64,000 nucleotides of DNA, taken from NCBI RefSeq assembly GCF_009914755.1, contig NC_060936.1; one strand, 5' to 3'. Position numbers and translations under genes: made by a program. The DNA comes from the human T2T-CHM13v2.0 reference genome, Homo sapiens. Numbering within the stretch: position 1 is the stretch's first letter; each line of letters begins with the position of its first letter. Below are positions 1 to 16,301 of the stretch, in pieces. The notes below the pieces were generated by a model. That model was not told the DNA's origin and ran no database searches. It worked only from the letters and a program-made list of their open reading frames with translations.

Positions 1-709
1 ATATTTATGAATGATTAAAAAGCAATTACTGAAACTTTTGTTAACAATCATAAATTTTAAAATAATTAATATAATCCCATTCTTAAGTCAATTACTTTTT
101 CAAACTATTTTTAGATTTCAATTCAATAAGTGGTACTTTTAGTTTTGTTCTCTCATTTCTTTTGAGTTGGATTGGATTTTTAGTTTATTGTTATTCTCTT
201 TAAAGTTTTCTAAGTGGAATCCAAACTTTTATTATTTCTTTTTTTGGGCAGGTTCTGTCTGCAAACTGGCAAATAAACCAGTTTTAAATTAGGCTAGTTT
301 TTCTAAATGAAAACTTTTCTTGGAAAATTGCTCTTTTTTTAGGTCATAAGGTGGCAAAATACCTTGGATTTTTATCTTAAAGTAAATGGCCAGTGTAAAC
401 TTAACCTCTACAATTTCTTTATATTATCTCCTTCAATTAATACATACCCCAAAAGTTCCTATCACAAAAAGGTTAACTCCAATTGTGTTTGATCTGCTTA
501 GGAATTTTGTCAGAAAAAGCCCTTCAGGATTGAGTCTAGACATTCAACGTTTCGTCTCTAGCCTTCTACTAACTCTTTATTACTGCCCATAACAGTAGTT
601 GAAGGAAATATTATTTTGTGAATGTTTAGCCATAATTGTTTCAAACTTTCCAGAAGTGTGTGACGTTTAGAAGACCATATTTTTCATGTAATTGATTTTC
701 TCTTCACAG

Positions 710-862
710 ATTTCTTTAAGGGAAAAACAGTATTTAATCACTGGCTGCCAGGAATGTGTTATAGTAATATCACCTTTCAGCTGGTATCTGAGGCAACTTT
801 TAATAAAAGTACCCTTGTTGAGTACAGTGGTGTCAGTCACGAACCCAAACAGCACAGAACTG
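710..862 (+). CDS. PTPRO: PTPRO exon 4 (FN3 region): [51 protein letters not shown]
   Basis: ttttctcttcacag|AT ... ACTG|gtaagt; 153 nt, phase 1-1; missed by the ORF track. Confidence 0.96.
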
Positions 863-1308
863 GTAAGTCTCCTGAAGAATCAAATACAGTGAAAAAATAA
901 TTCAGTTATATTTTGCTGTACATTTATTTTTTATCCTAAGAAATATTCTGATCCAGAGCAAAGAAAGAAAATATATATGTTTAATAACCTAAAACAGATT
1001 TTCTATCAATATAAAAAGAACTGGGCAAAATATTCAATAAGAAAAATCTAAAATATGTCAATGTAATCATAGATTTCTAATCTTTGAATAAAAAGCTACT
1101 ATACTATTACCAAAGGTTATAATTAACTGACTTACCCAGATCTAGTAGACATCAGTTATTGCTGACAAGTGACCCTATGGCAGAAAACAGAGTGAAGACA
1201 TTCTAGTACAGATTATCAGATTATTAAAGGAAAATATTGAAATTCAAATGTATCTAAAACTTGCGGTGCTTGATTTTAGTAGCACCACTAATATGAAGCA
1301 CTATTGTA

Positions 1309-1402
1309 GGATGGATGGATAGTTGCATGGATGGATGGATAGATGGATGGGTGGGTGGATGGATGGATGGATGGATGGATGGATGGATGGATGGATGGAT
1401 GG
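1309..1402. repeat. (GGAT)n tetranucleotide microsatellite
   Basis: direct run of ggatggatggat with a few interruptions. Confidence 0.95.
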
Positions 1403-1679
1403 AATAATGAATGGATAAAATAAGCATATATCTACTAAGTACCCATCACCAATATAAGCAAAATCGTATGTGCCTAGTATGCCTGAATACTCAATAGGAA
1501 TGCTGGAGAGGCCATTCTGATGAGCATCAGGAAGGGATTATGATAGATTACTTCTAAGGTCTTGACAATTTGAAATTCTAAGATGTCATGATTCTTATTC
1601 ATTAGTCTAAGACCAGGAAACTATTTCAGCTAAATCACTAATTCACCTAATGTCAACAGTTAAGATTCTATTTATGTTT

Positions 1680-2290
<611 letters not shown>

Positions 2291-2898
2291 ACGCAGTGCG
2301 TCTTCATAATTTTCTCCCTGTAAGTAAAGTGTGCTTCCATAATTTGTAAACTCATTTTGAGTTTATATGTTTCATTTTAGAGAGGTGAGGAGTGAAGCTA
2401 TATTTCTAACATGTGTGTTAACATCTCTAAAGGCAACACATGTATGCAACTCTTGTAGGTGCAACTATGTCACATGGAGTATTTTCATCTTCATAGCTAT
2501 AAGTACACTATACTTGTTTTGTTTTGGTTTTTTTGTAATAAAAATCCAGGAACAGAGATACATTTTTTGTAAGTGGAATTACGATAAACTGAAAAATATT
2601 TATATACTCTGCTTTTAGAAGTGGTTGAATTACCACTTCAACAAGCATAATATTGTAAGTTAATATATTTGAAGTGTGACTAGTGGTATGTTGATAGGTA
2701 TACATCATCCACAAAATGTTAGAAGTATGTATACGGAAAAAAACACAGCTTATCTTGATGTAAATTTGTCTGTGTATCAGAAGTAAAATTAAATTCCACT
2801 TTTAAAAATCTGCTTGTGTACCTGACTCATTAAGAGATTAAGTATTCACTCTAATTGAATTAAAAAATACTTGAAAATGAAAATTCTCTCTCTTACAG

Positions 2899-3342
2899 CC
2901 CCTTATCCACCTCAAAATATTTCCGTTCGTATCGTAAACTTGAACAAAAACAACTGGGAAGAACAGAGTGGCAATTTCCCAGAAGAATCCTTCATGAGAT
3001 CACAAGATACAATAGGAAAAGAAAAACTCTTCCATTTTACAGAAGAAACCCCTGAAATTCCCTCGGGCAACATTTCTTCCGGTTGGCCTGATTTTAATAG
3101 CAGTGACTATGAAACTACGTCTCAGCCATATTGGTGGGACAGTGCATCTGCAGCTCCTGAAAGTGAAGATGAATTTGTCAGCGTACTTCCCATGGAATAC
3201 GAAAATAACAGTACACTCAGTGAGACAGAGAAGTCAACATCAGGCTCTTTCTCCTTTTTCCCTGTGCAAATGATATTGACCTGGTTACCACCCAAACCAC
3301 CCACTGCTTTTGATGGGTTCCATATCCATATTGAACGAGAAG
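2899..3342 (+). CDS. PTPRO: PTPRO exon 5 (FN3 with long acidic Ser-rich insert): [11 protein letters not shown]...[11 protein letters not shown]
   Basis: ctctctcttacag|CC ... GAAG|gtaaag; 444 nt; inside ORF 2871..3371. Confidence 0.97.
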
Positions 3343-5186
3343 GTAAAGCAGTAGGAAATCAGAGGAAATAAGAACTGATACAAAGGAAGGGGAATTGAAA
3401 TGTTTTTAAATTTGAGTTTAGAAAGACTGATCATAGACAGTTATTAGTCAAAGAATAATGGTAATGAAAGGGGAGAATTTAATTGAGTATCCAATGCAGA
3501 CTGAGAGCAGAAAACCCAAATGAATAGACTGGATAAGAATCAGAAGGTTTGGGTGATTCACAAGTTGTAAGTACTGCCAACTGTATACATTTGACTGCCC
3601 ACTATTTCTCATGTCTCAGAACAATGAGGAAAACATCATATTTGGAAATATTTTGAATTAAAGATCTAACTATCCCAGAATATTACAACATAACCTAGAG
3701 AAATTTTCTGTTTTCTCATATGCAAATTTTTAAACATGGCAGCAAAGTAATACTTATGAAAACATTACTACTTCCTCAAGAATATGAGGCATGTGTCCTG
3801 CTAACCAGCCGCTCTTGTTCCCTTTAGGGTGTGCCCCTCTAGAAAAAGCACCACAGTTTTCCAAAGAGAAGCTGATAGTAAAATGGAAAATACACAGCTG
3901 CTGACATTTCCATATAGCTACTATATTATATTTTGCATTGACTAACTCAGGATCTGAGGTTCATTCTTTATATTTTAGCCACTAACTTAGGAAAGTAGAG
4001 CCATGACTTTCAACAAGTTTGGGTCATGATACCTATCTCAATTGTTGTTTGGTAGATTTTTATGGTTATTTGTTGTTTGTTTAGTTTTTACAGTAATATA
4101 CTTCATTTTCCATTTTCTGATCTAGTAGTTTGAGTGGCAGAGGTTATAATTTGTAAAAATTTGAAGTTACAGTGATAGCCTTATTTTTAGGGTGAGAGTT
4201 TAAGGCCCATGTAGTCTCATATACTGACATATTGTTTACTCCTATTTTACTTAATAGCATGAGATACAAAATCTGTGGATTCTTCTATACAAGATGATAC
4301 AGCATTCAACCATACCCAAATATTACATAAAATGAAAATTCTTAATTATTTGAGTCAAAAGTCATTTTCCTGGAATTTCCTATTTTTTTTAAAGTTTCCT
4401 TAATCTATCATTTATTTTTCTGTTCCTAAATATGTTCCTACGGCAAATAGGATCTTGTCATTACAAAAATTTTTTACTGCCTCTTCTCATGAAGGTTCTA
4501 TTATGCATTTATCTGACTCAGTGTCTTCTTTTGAAGGCTGTTGTAGTCACCAACTGATGATAATGACTTCAAATGAAGTAATAAGCAGCAGAGGATGGAT
4601 GGACTGTGAAGCAATGTGAAATAATTCTTTCTTTAAGAAGATCTGAAAGCAAATGGATAAAGGAAAAATATTACCATGATTATTATTTTTTTAATTTTAC
4701 TTTAAGTTCAGGGGTACATCAGAAAATATACCTTAAAAATTAGATGTATTTTAAATAAATGTTAAAGCACTTCTGGATGGTTAATACTACCACAAAGAAC
4801 TTACAAGATATTTGATCCTGGTTATTTTTTAGCCCTTACCTCGTGATGAGAAAGCCAACAATTGTTAACTTTTCCTGATTATCTACTTCTATTTTGTACA
4901 CATAATTTTGTTGGGTAGGAGTACATAAAGATACACAGTGTAGACCCATCCCTAGTTTTATTGATTTGAATGCCGTATTTGAGTTTTGTTATTTGGAAGA
5001 CTGTAAAAATACTGAACTCTTATTTATTATTCTTTAATGGTACCTTTAGTTTAGAGGTGTAATTGAACTTGACAAAAGGAGGGAACATTTAAAACACCTA
5101 ATTTTTTTTCATTAATCGACTTGTCTATACCCAGGGCCTTTCCAGGTGTCTATTCATGTATCTTCTCTTTTTTATAAATGATTTAG

Positions 5187-5348
5187 AGAACTTTACTGAA
5201 TATTTGATGGTGGATGAAGAAGCACATGAATTTGTTGCAGAACTGAAGGAACCTGGGAAATATAAGTTATCTGTGACAACCTTTAGTTCCTCAGGATCTT
5301 GTGAAACTCGAAAAAGTCAGTCAGCAAAATCACTCAGCTTTTATATCA
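5187..5348 (+). CDS. PTPRO: PTPRO exon 6: [12 protein letters not shown]...SLSFYI
   Basis: atttag|AG ... ATCA|gtaagt; 162 nt; inside ORF 5156..5356. Confidence 0.96.
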
Positions 5349-7694
5349 GTAAGTAACAAAGAGATCATTTTACACTTACTGGGGAGCTAGAACAATGGAA
5401 CTGGTGGGATTAATGATGCTCAGATGTCAATTATTCACAAACCTTAGGGATGATGAGAAGTCTTCAAGATCAGGAGAGGCTGAGATCCACAAGCTTTGGA
5501 TAGCAGAGGAAATGAATGCTTGTTTAATAGTAGCAATCCTATCCAGGGGTTTAACTTGAGGATTTTTTTTTTACTATTGTGATAATTGAACATTTATTAA
5601 ACTGACCTTTCACATTAGCCATAACAAAGCCTCCAAGGATGTGGACATACAGTTTGGGAAATACGACATTTGTTTGAGCCCATAACGAAATGATATTATA
5701 GGACTGTGAAAAATCTCATTAGAGTATTGAGCTTGTGAGGCTCAAAAGAAAGACAAAGATTCAAGTGTGGGTACACCCCGATGGTCTCAATAAAACTGGT
5801 GGAAAAAGTCATAGCTAGAGCAACCTGAAAGTCCCAGTGTCAAGTCCTAGGGTGGCCTCTACCATTCCATAAGGGTAACAGGACAGCAAAAGCTAGCCTC
5901 TGAAGGTTGCACAAACAGTGCCTGCCTCTATAACGTGTTTAGCTAAACTGACTATGTTTACTGGAAGTATAGAGGTCAAAAATCAGTAACCTACCCTATC
6001 AGGAGTTATATGTGCCTCCGATCAGTAGAAAGAAAAACCAGAAGGCAAAGAATAAAAATTGCTTTCAGAAAAGGATAACCACCACATATCCTATTGCCAT
6101 CTGGAAAGGCAAATACCACCTTTCGTTGAAGGACGGATGAGAGCAGAAGAGGAGCTCAGCTTATGTAGCAGCTTAAAAATGTTGAAAATATCCCAGATAA
6201 TATTTTTACTTAAAAGAAAAACCAAAAATGTCACCTCTGGCAAAAGAAAGGCCTTAAAGATTTATCAGATGCGTAGAAAGGGTATTCCCAACTGCCTTGT
6301 GTGTCTTTCAAGTGTGAGAGACCTTGGACATGTGATTACTTAAGAAAGAGGACAAAGTCGAGTATTTCATTCTTCCCATAAGACTAAAAATGCCTCACTT
6401 ACCAAATAGTTTCTTTCTGCACCAGTACAGATCCACCGCACATGTGAACAGCCTCCACGAAAACTCCACAACAATTCTGTTCTTTCTGACTTTTCTCTTC
6501 TCTGAATTCCTATTCTGTCTCATAGTAGACAGCACAAAACACATAACTTATTAGTGTGTGGTATTTTTCTAGATTTATTTTATGTACATCTTGCTTCTCA
6601 TGTCAAGTTGTAAAATCCCAGGCTGGAGTTATACTGTTTGCATATTTATTCATTCTTTTGTACATTCAAGAAATATTTATGGAACCACTTATATCTTTCA
6701 TGCACTCTGCTCTATTCTTAGAGTATCTAAAGCGACTAGTGCCATTGAGAATATGTCGGAATTGCTCAAAAATGCAATTACTTTAAAGAGATGCATCTTA
6801 ATATTTATCTAGAAAAATATAGGCTCCTAGAAGTTTTGTTTTTTCTCTGTTGCTAAAAGAATGACTTTTTAAGGAGATTCTGTTCTGTGGTAATGAGCTA
6901 TTCAGATGTACCATGTATACTTCTTTGGTTTAAAAAATGGATACCGCAGACATAAATACTTACACCTAACTGGGTAAATGAGCAAAAATTAGGGTGGCTT
7001 ACGTTTGCTCAGTATAATGTAGTCACACACCAGCAAAAGTATATTTGCAGCCTGTTTTTCCTGACCAAACTGTTTCACATATTCTGGTGTTGAGCTGTTA
7101 CATTACAATTTATTATATGTTTATGTCGTTGCATTATAATTTACATTTATGTAGCTTTGAATGCCTTCCCAGAGATGAGAATTCAGGTAGGAATTTGCAC
7201 TAGACTGCCAATAGCCTTATGAAGAAAACACTTTTATTACCCCCATTTTTCACATTAAAATACATACTGAATCGCAGAAATTTCAGTGACTTCCCCAAGT
7301 GTCAAAATTAAGATTATAACTCAGGAATATTTGATAACAAAACCCATTTTCATTTAGCCTGCCATGACCCATGTCCTTGGGTTGATTATCAAGTCAGTCA
7401 TAAGGTAAAACTATTAAATAATTGAATTTGTTTTGCTTACTCCAACCTCCACCCTCTGTGCCCCCACTACACTAGTACTCTTCAGAACAGTAGTAACACT
7501 TCACGTTTATGTAGTTCTCTAACACATATTATCTCATTTGATCCCAACAACAACCTTATGAGGTAAATTAATCAGATTTTCAAAAGCAATGACTCAAGAG
7601 ACAGGAGGTCTGGGTTAGGTCACAAGCACTTACTAGCTCTATGACTTCAGGCAGCTTGTTTATATCTCTGGGCCTCAGTTTCCTCATCAGCAAA

Positions 7695-8059
7695 TGTGTT
7701 AGTCCATATTTACACTACTATAAAGAACTACTTGAGACTGAGTAATTTACAAAGGAAAGAGGTTTAATCGACTCACAGTTCTGCATGGCCAGGGAGGTCT
7801 CAGGAAACTTACAATCATGGCAGAAGACGAAGGGGAAGCAAGCACCTTATTCAGAGGGTGGCAGGACAGAGAGAGAGAGCAGGGGAAACTGCCACTTTTA
7901 AACCATTAGATCTCATGAGAACTCGCTCATTGTCTTGAGAACAGCATAGGGGAAACCACCTCCATGATCCAATTACCTCCCATCAGGTCCCTCCCTCGAC
8001 AAGTGGGGATTACAATTCGAGATGATATTTGAGTGGGGACACAGAGCCAAACCATATCA
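7695..8059 (-). mobile_element. Solo MaLR LTR (THE1D/MSTA type) inserted in a MIR
   Basis: TG...CA ends, terminal gccaaaccatatca, perfect 5-bp TSD GCAAA (7690-7694/8060-8064); MIR core ggcctcagtttcctcatc on the left. Confidence 0.9.
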
Positions 8060-8409
8060 GCAAAATAAAGCAGTGGGTCTCTAAAGTTCTCTTCAATTCT
8101 AAAATTCCATGATTTATCCATTTCACAGATGCAATGACTGAGATTCAGAGAGGTTAACTCATTTGTCCAAAGTTGCACCACTAATAATGACCAAACTGAG
8201 TCTTAGTGCAATTATCGTATCTCCAAATTTTTACTATTTCATAGTGCTCCAGGAAGTCTCATGCAGGGTTGAGAGCATGGATTTTGGAATCAGACTTCCT
8301 GTGTGTGAATCCTAGCTCGACTTACTCTATCTCTACCTCAGTTTTCACATCTGAAAAGTGAGATTTAATAAAAGTACTTATTTCATTGGCTTGTTATAAA
8401 AGTTAAAGG

Positions 8410-8692
8410 GGCCAGGCACGGTGGCTCACACCTATAACCCCAGCACTTAGGGAGGCCAAGGCGGGCGGATCACCTGAGGTCAGGAGTTCAAGACTAGCCT
8501 GGCCAACATGGTGAAATCTTCTCTCTACTAAAAGTACGAATATTAGCCAGGCATAGTGGTGGGCACCTGTAATCCCAGCTACTCGGGAGGCTGAGGCAGG
8601 AGAATCGCTTGAACTCAGGAGGTGGAGGTTGCAGTGAGCCTAGATAAGGCTGCACTCCAGCCTGGGTGACAGAGTGAGACTCCATCTCAAAA

Positions 8693-8735
<43 letters not shown>
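8410..8735 (+). mobile_element. AluS with (AAAT)n tail, inside a MIR (~8260-8770)
   Basis: ggccaggcacggtggctcac ... (aaat)n. Confidence 0.95.
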
Positions 8736-8819
8736 CAAGGAATGAAATACGTAACACATAAAAACTTAAAGAAGGTTATATGCTAAAAAACAGTTTACAT
8801 GCTGAAAAGCAGTTTATAT

Positions 8820-8930
8820 GTGAGCATCCGTGTTTTAAGCTCAACCACTACTGTGATGTCCTAGACATCTTCCCAAGAGAACTACGGTAGCATCCTTGTG
8901 TCTGTGGTGTCACTGACCTGCCAGGAACAA
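8820..8930 (+). pseudogene. Degenerate partial duplicate of PTPRO exon 7 (pseudo-exon fragment)
   Basis: Ungapped alignment to 9904-10014, 96/111 identical by hand count; TGG>TAG stop; native splice sites absent. Confidence 0.93.
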
Positions 8931-9856
8931 ACGTATAAATATGTAATGGGTTCCATATCTCTTTACTATAATTACTATCATTTTGTATTATCATTTCCCT
9001 TGCACCATTTACACCAAACCTTAGTCTGTCCTCCCCAGTAGAGCGACTTGCTCCTTTTCCTCTCCTGGATCTCAGCTTAGGAATACAGCATCAAATTAAG
9101 GAGCTGAGAATGCATCCTAAGCAAATAAATGGAAGTTTCACATTTGCATTTCAGCAGGGAATTTCTGTAGATAATAATCACCTTAACATGTCTTGAGTCC
9201 TTACTAGGTGTCAGGCACTGTGTTAAGAACCACTTTAGGAACATAAGAGAACAAAGCTAAGGATGGGCACTTCTGTGGAGACATTTTATGGTAAGGATCC
9301 TGTTGTGTTCCTCAAATTATCACCCAGGTTTTAGCCAGCTTCTTTAATTGAGCCAGCCTGTTGTGTGTTTCTTCTCTAATATAATCACAGCCTGCCTTTT
9401 CGTTCTCACTGTTGCCAAATTCAAATGTTTGCACAGGGTAGTAGTCGAGGCTGATTTGAATCTCAAAGTAATTATTCCTAGAGATCAAAGATCCTAGTAG
9501 CAAAGGAATAATAAGCCCTGATGAAATGCCACACTGCCACGCTCACTCTTTGTTAAAAGAGAAGTAAGTTTTCTCAGGTGAAGAATTTACCAGGATACTC
9601 TCACATGCACACGATGATTGAAGTGACACTTTTGTTTCTGCTGTTATTGCCGAGGCTGCTGTTTAGATCAAGGTGAGGTCAAGGAGTAGAGGGTTGCAGC
9701 TGGGCAGAGGACCTGAAGAGTTGCCAGTCCGACCGCCAATCTTTCTTTGAATCTCATTGTAAGGGCAAAAAGAAAACATGATTTTTTAAACCGGAATCTT
9801 TTATCTCAATCAGTGTAACGTGCAGCCTCCCCTGTGTTCCAATTTGAAATGTGCAG

Positions 9857-10053
9857 GTCCTTCAGGAGAGTGGATTGAAGAACTGACCGAGAAGCCGCAG
9901 CACGTGAGTGTCCACGTTTTAAGCTCAACCACTGCCTTGATGTCCTGGACATCTTCCCAAGAGAACTACAACAGCACCATTGTGTCTGTGGTGTCGCTGA
10001 CCTGCCAGAAACAAAAGGAGAGCCAGAGGCTTGAAAAGCAGTACTGCACTCAG
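9857..10053 (+). CDS. PTPRO: PTPRO exon 7: [19 protein letters not shown]...EKQYCTQ
   Basis: gtgcag|GT ... CAG|gtaaag; 197 nt, phase 1-0. Confidence 0.96.
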
Positions 10054-10677
10054 GTAAAGGAGAGGAAATGAGAATGGGCTCGCCGGTCCTTCCTAAGCAC
10101 AACCTTACAGGGCAATGCCAAGGAGGCAATTGTAGGAAGCCAGGCTGAGGTCTGCTGGGATGGGTGTGTTCTGTGACTGTTCCCAAGAGCCAGAGGGGCC
10201 AGAAATGACTGGCAATGGCTTTTTGATGGCACTGTCATCTCCCTTTCTCTTCAGAGGAGGGTCATGTTCTTTTTCATTCATTATTCAAGGGAATTTGCTG
10301 AGCATCTATGATGTGCCAGGTTCTAAGATAGATGTTGGAAATTTTTAAACATCCTGCTCTTGCAGAGCTTGTAATCTAATGAGAACAATAGATAAGTGAA
10401 CATATAATGACTGCACTGTATAGAATAAGGCCTCAGCTTAAAATGAATGATGAGAGTCCAGAGGAGTTCACGGAAGAAGGAGCTGAGCGTGAGTAACATG
10501 GATGAAGGGGAAAGAGGATTTGGAAACTGGTTGGAAAAAACATCACAGAGCAGGAGACAACCAAGCAGAGGGTTGGAGGGTTTTTTGTTTGTTTGTTTGT
10601 TTTACTTTTTTCCATTCTTTTAATTTTCATTTTTACTGTAAAAGTAACGCATTCTTGCTGAAAAAAAAAAAAACTTA

Positions 10678-11022
<345 letters not shown>

Positions 11023-12180
11023 CTACCCCCTCACCAGTCACAACTGAAAAGAGCTTTGAAGAATATATGGGAGACAGCTGTGCACAGAGGAGAGTGAGGG
11101 GCAGGCAGAGACGGTGTGCAACTCAGTAGTCCTGTGAGTGGCTAGCAGAAGGAACGCATATGCCAGACCAAACCCTAGTGAAACCGTGCAACTGGAGCCC
11201 AGAGTGGACCTTGCTCTCAAATGCCCTGAGAACCTGGGGCCCAGTCCTATATTTCTAAATTCTGGCCTTATGTTTTTACAAGGTCAAATGTGGTGGTTCT
11301 TGGTGTCTTACAAACACATTTTCTTCCCTAAAGGCAAAAGGAAAAAAGTAATTATCAATTCGTGTGGAGTACGTTGGAAATGTAATGCACAGAAAAGATG
11401 TTTGCTGTATGACAGCAATTTGGGATGTTTCCATTCCTCCCAGGAAAATTAAGCATTTAATGAAATTCAAACAATGATAAATTGTAAATTGATAAGATGA
11501 ATTCAGGAATCGTGTTCTTTGGAGCACTAGAAAGCCATAGAATGCTTGAGAATGAGGTGCCCCTTGAGTTGAATTAAATTAAGGAATAAATATGCTAAAC
11601 CGATTAACTAGTAATCACAGTTCATTGTGTAACTTATTAGCTTCCTTTCCTGAGCATACCCAAGATGACTGACTCATTACATTGACAGAAAAACGTGTTT
11701 TCCCCTACAGACCTTGACCTAGAACTCAACTGCTTCAAGGTACATTTCTCCCCTTGCCCTACTTAATGTACACATTATATATCTTTCACATAAGAATACA
11801 AAGGCTAAAGGTAGAGACAGATATTGTAAATTATCAATGAGCCAGAAAAGACTAGTCCAAATGTACTTTTACAATATCTTCTCAAAATGCAAATAGGAAA
11901 ACAGAACATGAAATATCCTATTCAGGATTATAAGCAAGAAGACCAATATTTAAAGGGGAGTGCAGGAAAGAGACCACCATGCTAGGCATCATCTCAGTTA
12001 CCACAAGACCTTTTTGAGATTTGTATAATATCATACCACTATAGTCCATTATGCCACTAAATAAATGTGTAGAAAAGCACCAATGGAAAGAAGATTACAT
12101 AAAGTGGAAATAAGACCATCTCAGGCTCAAAGGAACCTACACTATCATCTAGTTCAACCCTATTATTTAAGAGTCCATCA

Positions 12181-12339
<159 letters not shown>

Positions 12340-12829
12340 TTACTTCAATTAGCTATGCTGTCTAGTACATTTTTCTCCTTATTCCTTTAGCTGAAGAGGA
12401 ATAGAACTGGTATCCATTTGGAGGGACATTGGACTCAACTAAATTCTCAGGAATGAAGATTAAGACAGTCAGGAAAAATATTGGGATGCTAAATGAGTGG
12501 AAATTAAGGGGGAGCAGAGTGTGGAAGTATTTTGTAAAAAATAAAACACATTACTTAACATGCAGAATGCAGAGGCATTCCACTTTTCCTACTCCAACAC
12601 ACACCCAAGGAGGTCCAGGAGAAATAAAAAGGCATGGAGAAACATAGAAGTGTAAATATAGGTTAGCAGCTCAGTAAATATTCAGAAATTGGGGAGGATG
12701 GAAATTAGTGTTTTTAATTTATTACCAAGTCAGGTAATCTGTAATCCAATTACCCCTTTGTCATTTTTTAAGTAATATGATGTATATGCCCATAGCTACT
12801 TCTTATTTTAAAAAGTATAATATCCCTAG

Positions 12830-13164
<335 letters not shown>

Positions 13165-13337
13165 TATAATGGCGTATTTAAACAGCTATGATTCCAGGTA
13201 GTCATTTGAATAGTTAGAATCAACTCATAAAATATTATCAAAAGAAAGGAACCTTAACATCACCATGAAACAATCTATACTCCTTATGCCCTTTATTATT
13301 CTAAACATTCTAAATAGGCAAAATGGGTGATTAATGA

Positions 13338-13763
<426 letters not shown>

Positions 13764-13956
13764 TTATTTATGTGTATATGTTAGAAGAAGGTCTAGAAGA
13801 AGGCATATCAAAATGTCAGGATTTGTGGGAGGAGGAGAACAAACAAGACTTCCAATTTACTTCATTTGTTCTTTTATTGGGTGAGCAATTTTTACAATAA
13901 GCATATATGTTGTATCATATAAAGTGTATTTTAAATAAATAAAATAATATTGCTTA

Positions 13957-14304
<348 letters not shown>

Positions 14305-14310
<6 letters not shown>

Positions 14311-14529
14311 AAAGAAAAGAGAAGAAAGAAAGAAAGAGAGAGAGAGGAAGGAAGGAAGGAGAAAGAGAAAGAAGGAAAGAAAGAAAGAAGAAAGAAAGAA
14401 AGAAAGAATGAAAGAAAGAAAGAAAGAAAGGAAGGAAGAAAGAAAGAAAGAAAAGAAAGAAAGAGGGAGGGAGGGAGAGAGGGAGGGGGAAGGAAGGAGG
14501 GAGGGAGGGAAGGAAGGAAGGAAGGGAAA
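14305..14529 (+). repeat. Purine-rich (GAAA)n/(GGAA)n/(GGGA)n tract from the Alu tail
   Basis: ~225 nt almost entirely A/G. Confidence 0.95.
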
Positions 14530-15389
14530 CTCTCTATCAGATGAAGAGATATAGTTGACTAAATCTGCCTATACGGCTTCCAGCAGAATTAAAAATCTAA
14601 AACTTGTGCAAGAAACCCTGATATGAAAGAGTATAAATATGAAAGAAAGAATGAAAATCCCAATTTATTAATTCAATATAATCTTATTTTGTTTAAGTCA
14701 GTGGGAAATAAATTTTGGTATATGGCTCCTTTTACTTACACGCAGAGGAAGTTGTACCAATTCAGATTACATAATTTCTACTGTGTATAATCAGTTTCCA
14801 GTGTGAAAAGGTTTAAAATTCATATCATATCACCAGTTCTGTATGAATCCTTAAAATCTTAATGGGACTCTAAAAAACACCTTACAGCATAGATAAGCTG
14901 TAAACAACATTGTTCTCCATTGATTCATGTTCCTCCTTGGAGTAATTCCACAATTTTATGTATCCAAAAGGCCAAAAAGTTAATAAGATGAATAAAGATT
15001 AATATTTATTGATACTCTGGTTTAAACATTCTCAAACTCTATGAGGTATATAATTTTATTACCTATATCTTAGCAATGAAGTAACCAAGGTAAGAATTTT
15101 AATTAAATTATAAAGCATAAATAAACCCCCATGCTAATAATGAGTAGAGTCAGGATTTGATTCCAGGTAGTCCAAAAAAAGAATGTGTGTTCTTTCCACC
15201 AAGCAATACTGTCTTAAATATTAGAGACACTGAAGGTCAAAGCAGCACCTTAAGCTTTTAGTTGAATTATCAATTCTTGTGTGTGCCAACATTCAAATTT
15301 AATAAATGCATTTTATTCATCTATACGTTCTCACTATTTTTCTCTATATGGTATTTGTTACGTATCCAAATTTTTTTTAAAAAAAGCAG

Positions 15390-15750
<361 letters not shown>

Positions 15751-15960
15751 TTAGGGGGCTACAACAGCCTGGCAGGGTGCTTACCAGGATATCTCGATGC
15801 TTAGCACAGTGACTTGCCCATAGTGTAGATTAAAGGTCCCAACACTAGGCTTCCAGTCCCAACACTGCATCTAAATATATGACCTTGGCCATTCTCTGGC
15901 TTTACTTTATTTATTAAATGAGCACTTTGGACTAGGTAATCTCTAAGGTCATTTCCATTT

Positions 15961-16301
<341 letters not shown>

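Noticed and set aside
8820-8930. Exon-7 copy as a functional mutually exclusive exon
   Set aside because: In-frame TAG at the conserved Trp and no copied splice sites; kept only as a duplication relic
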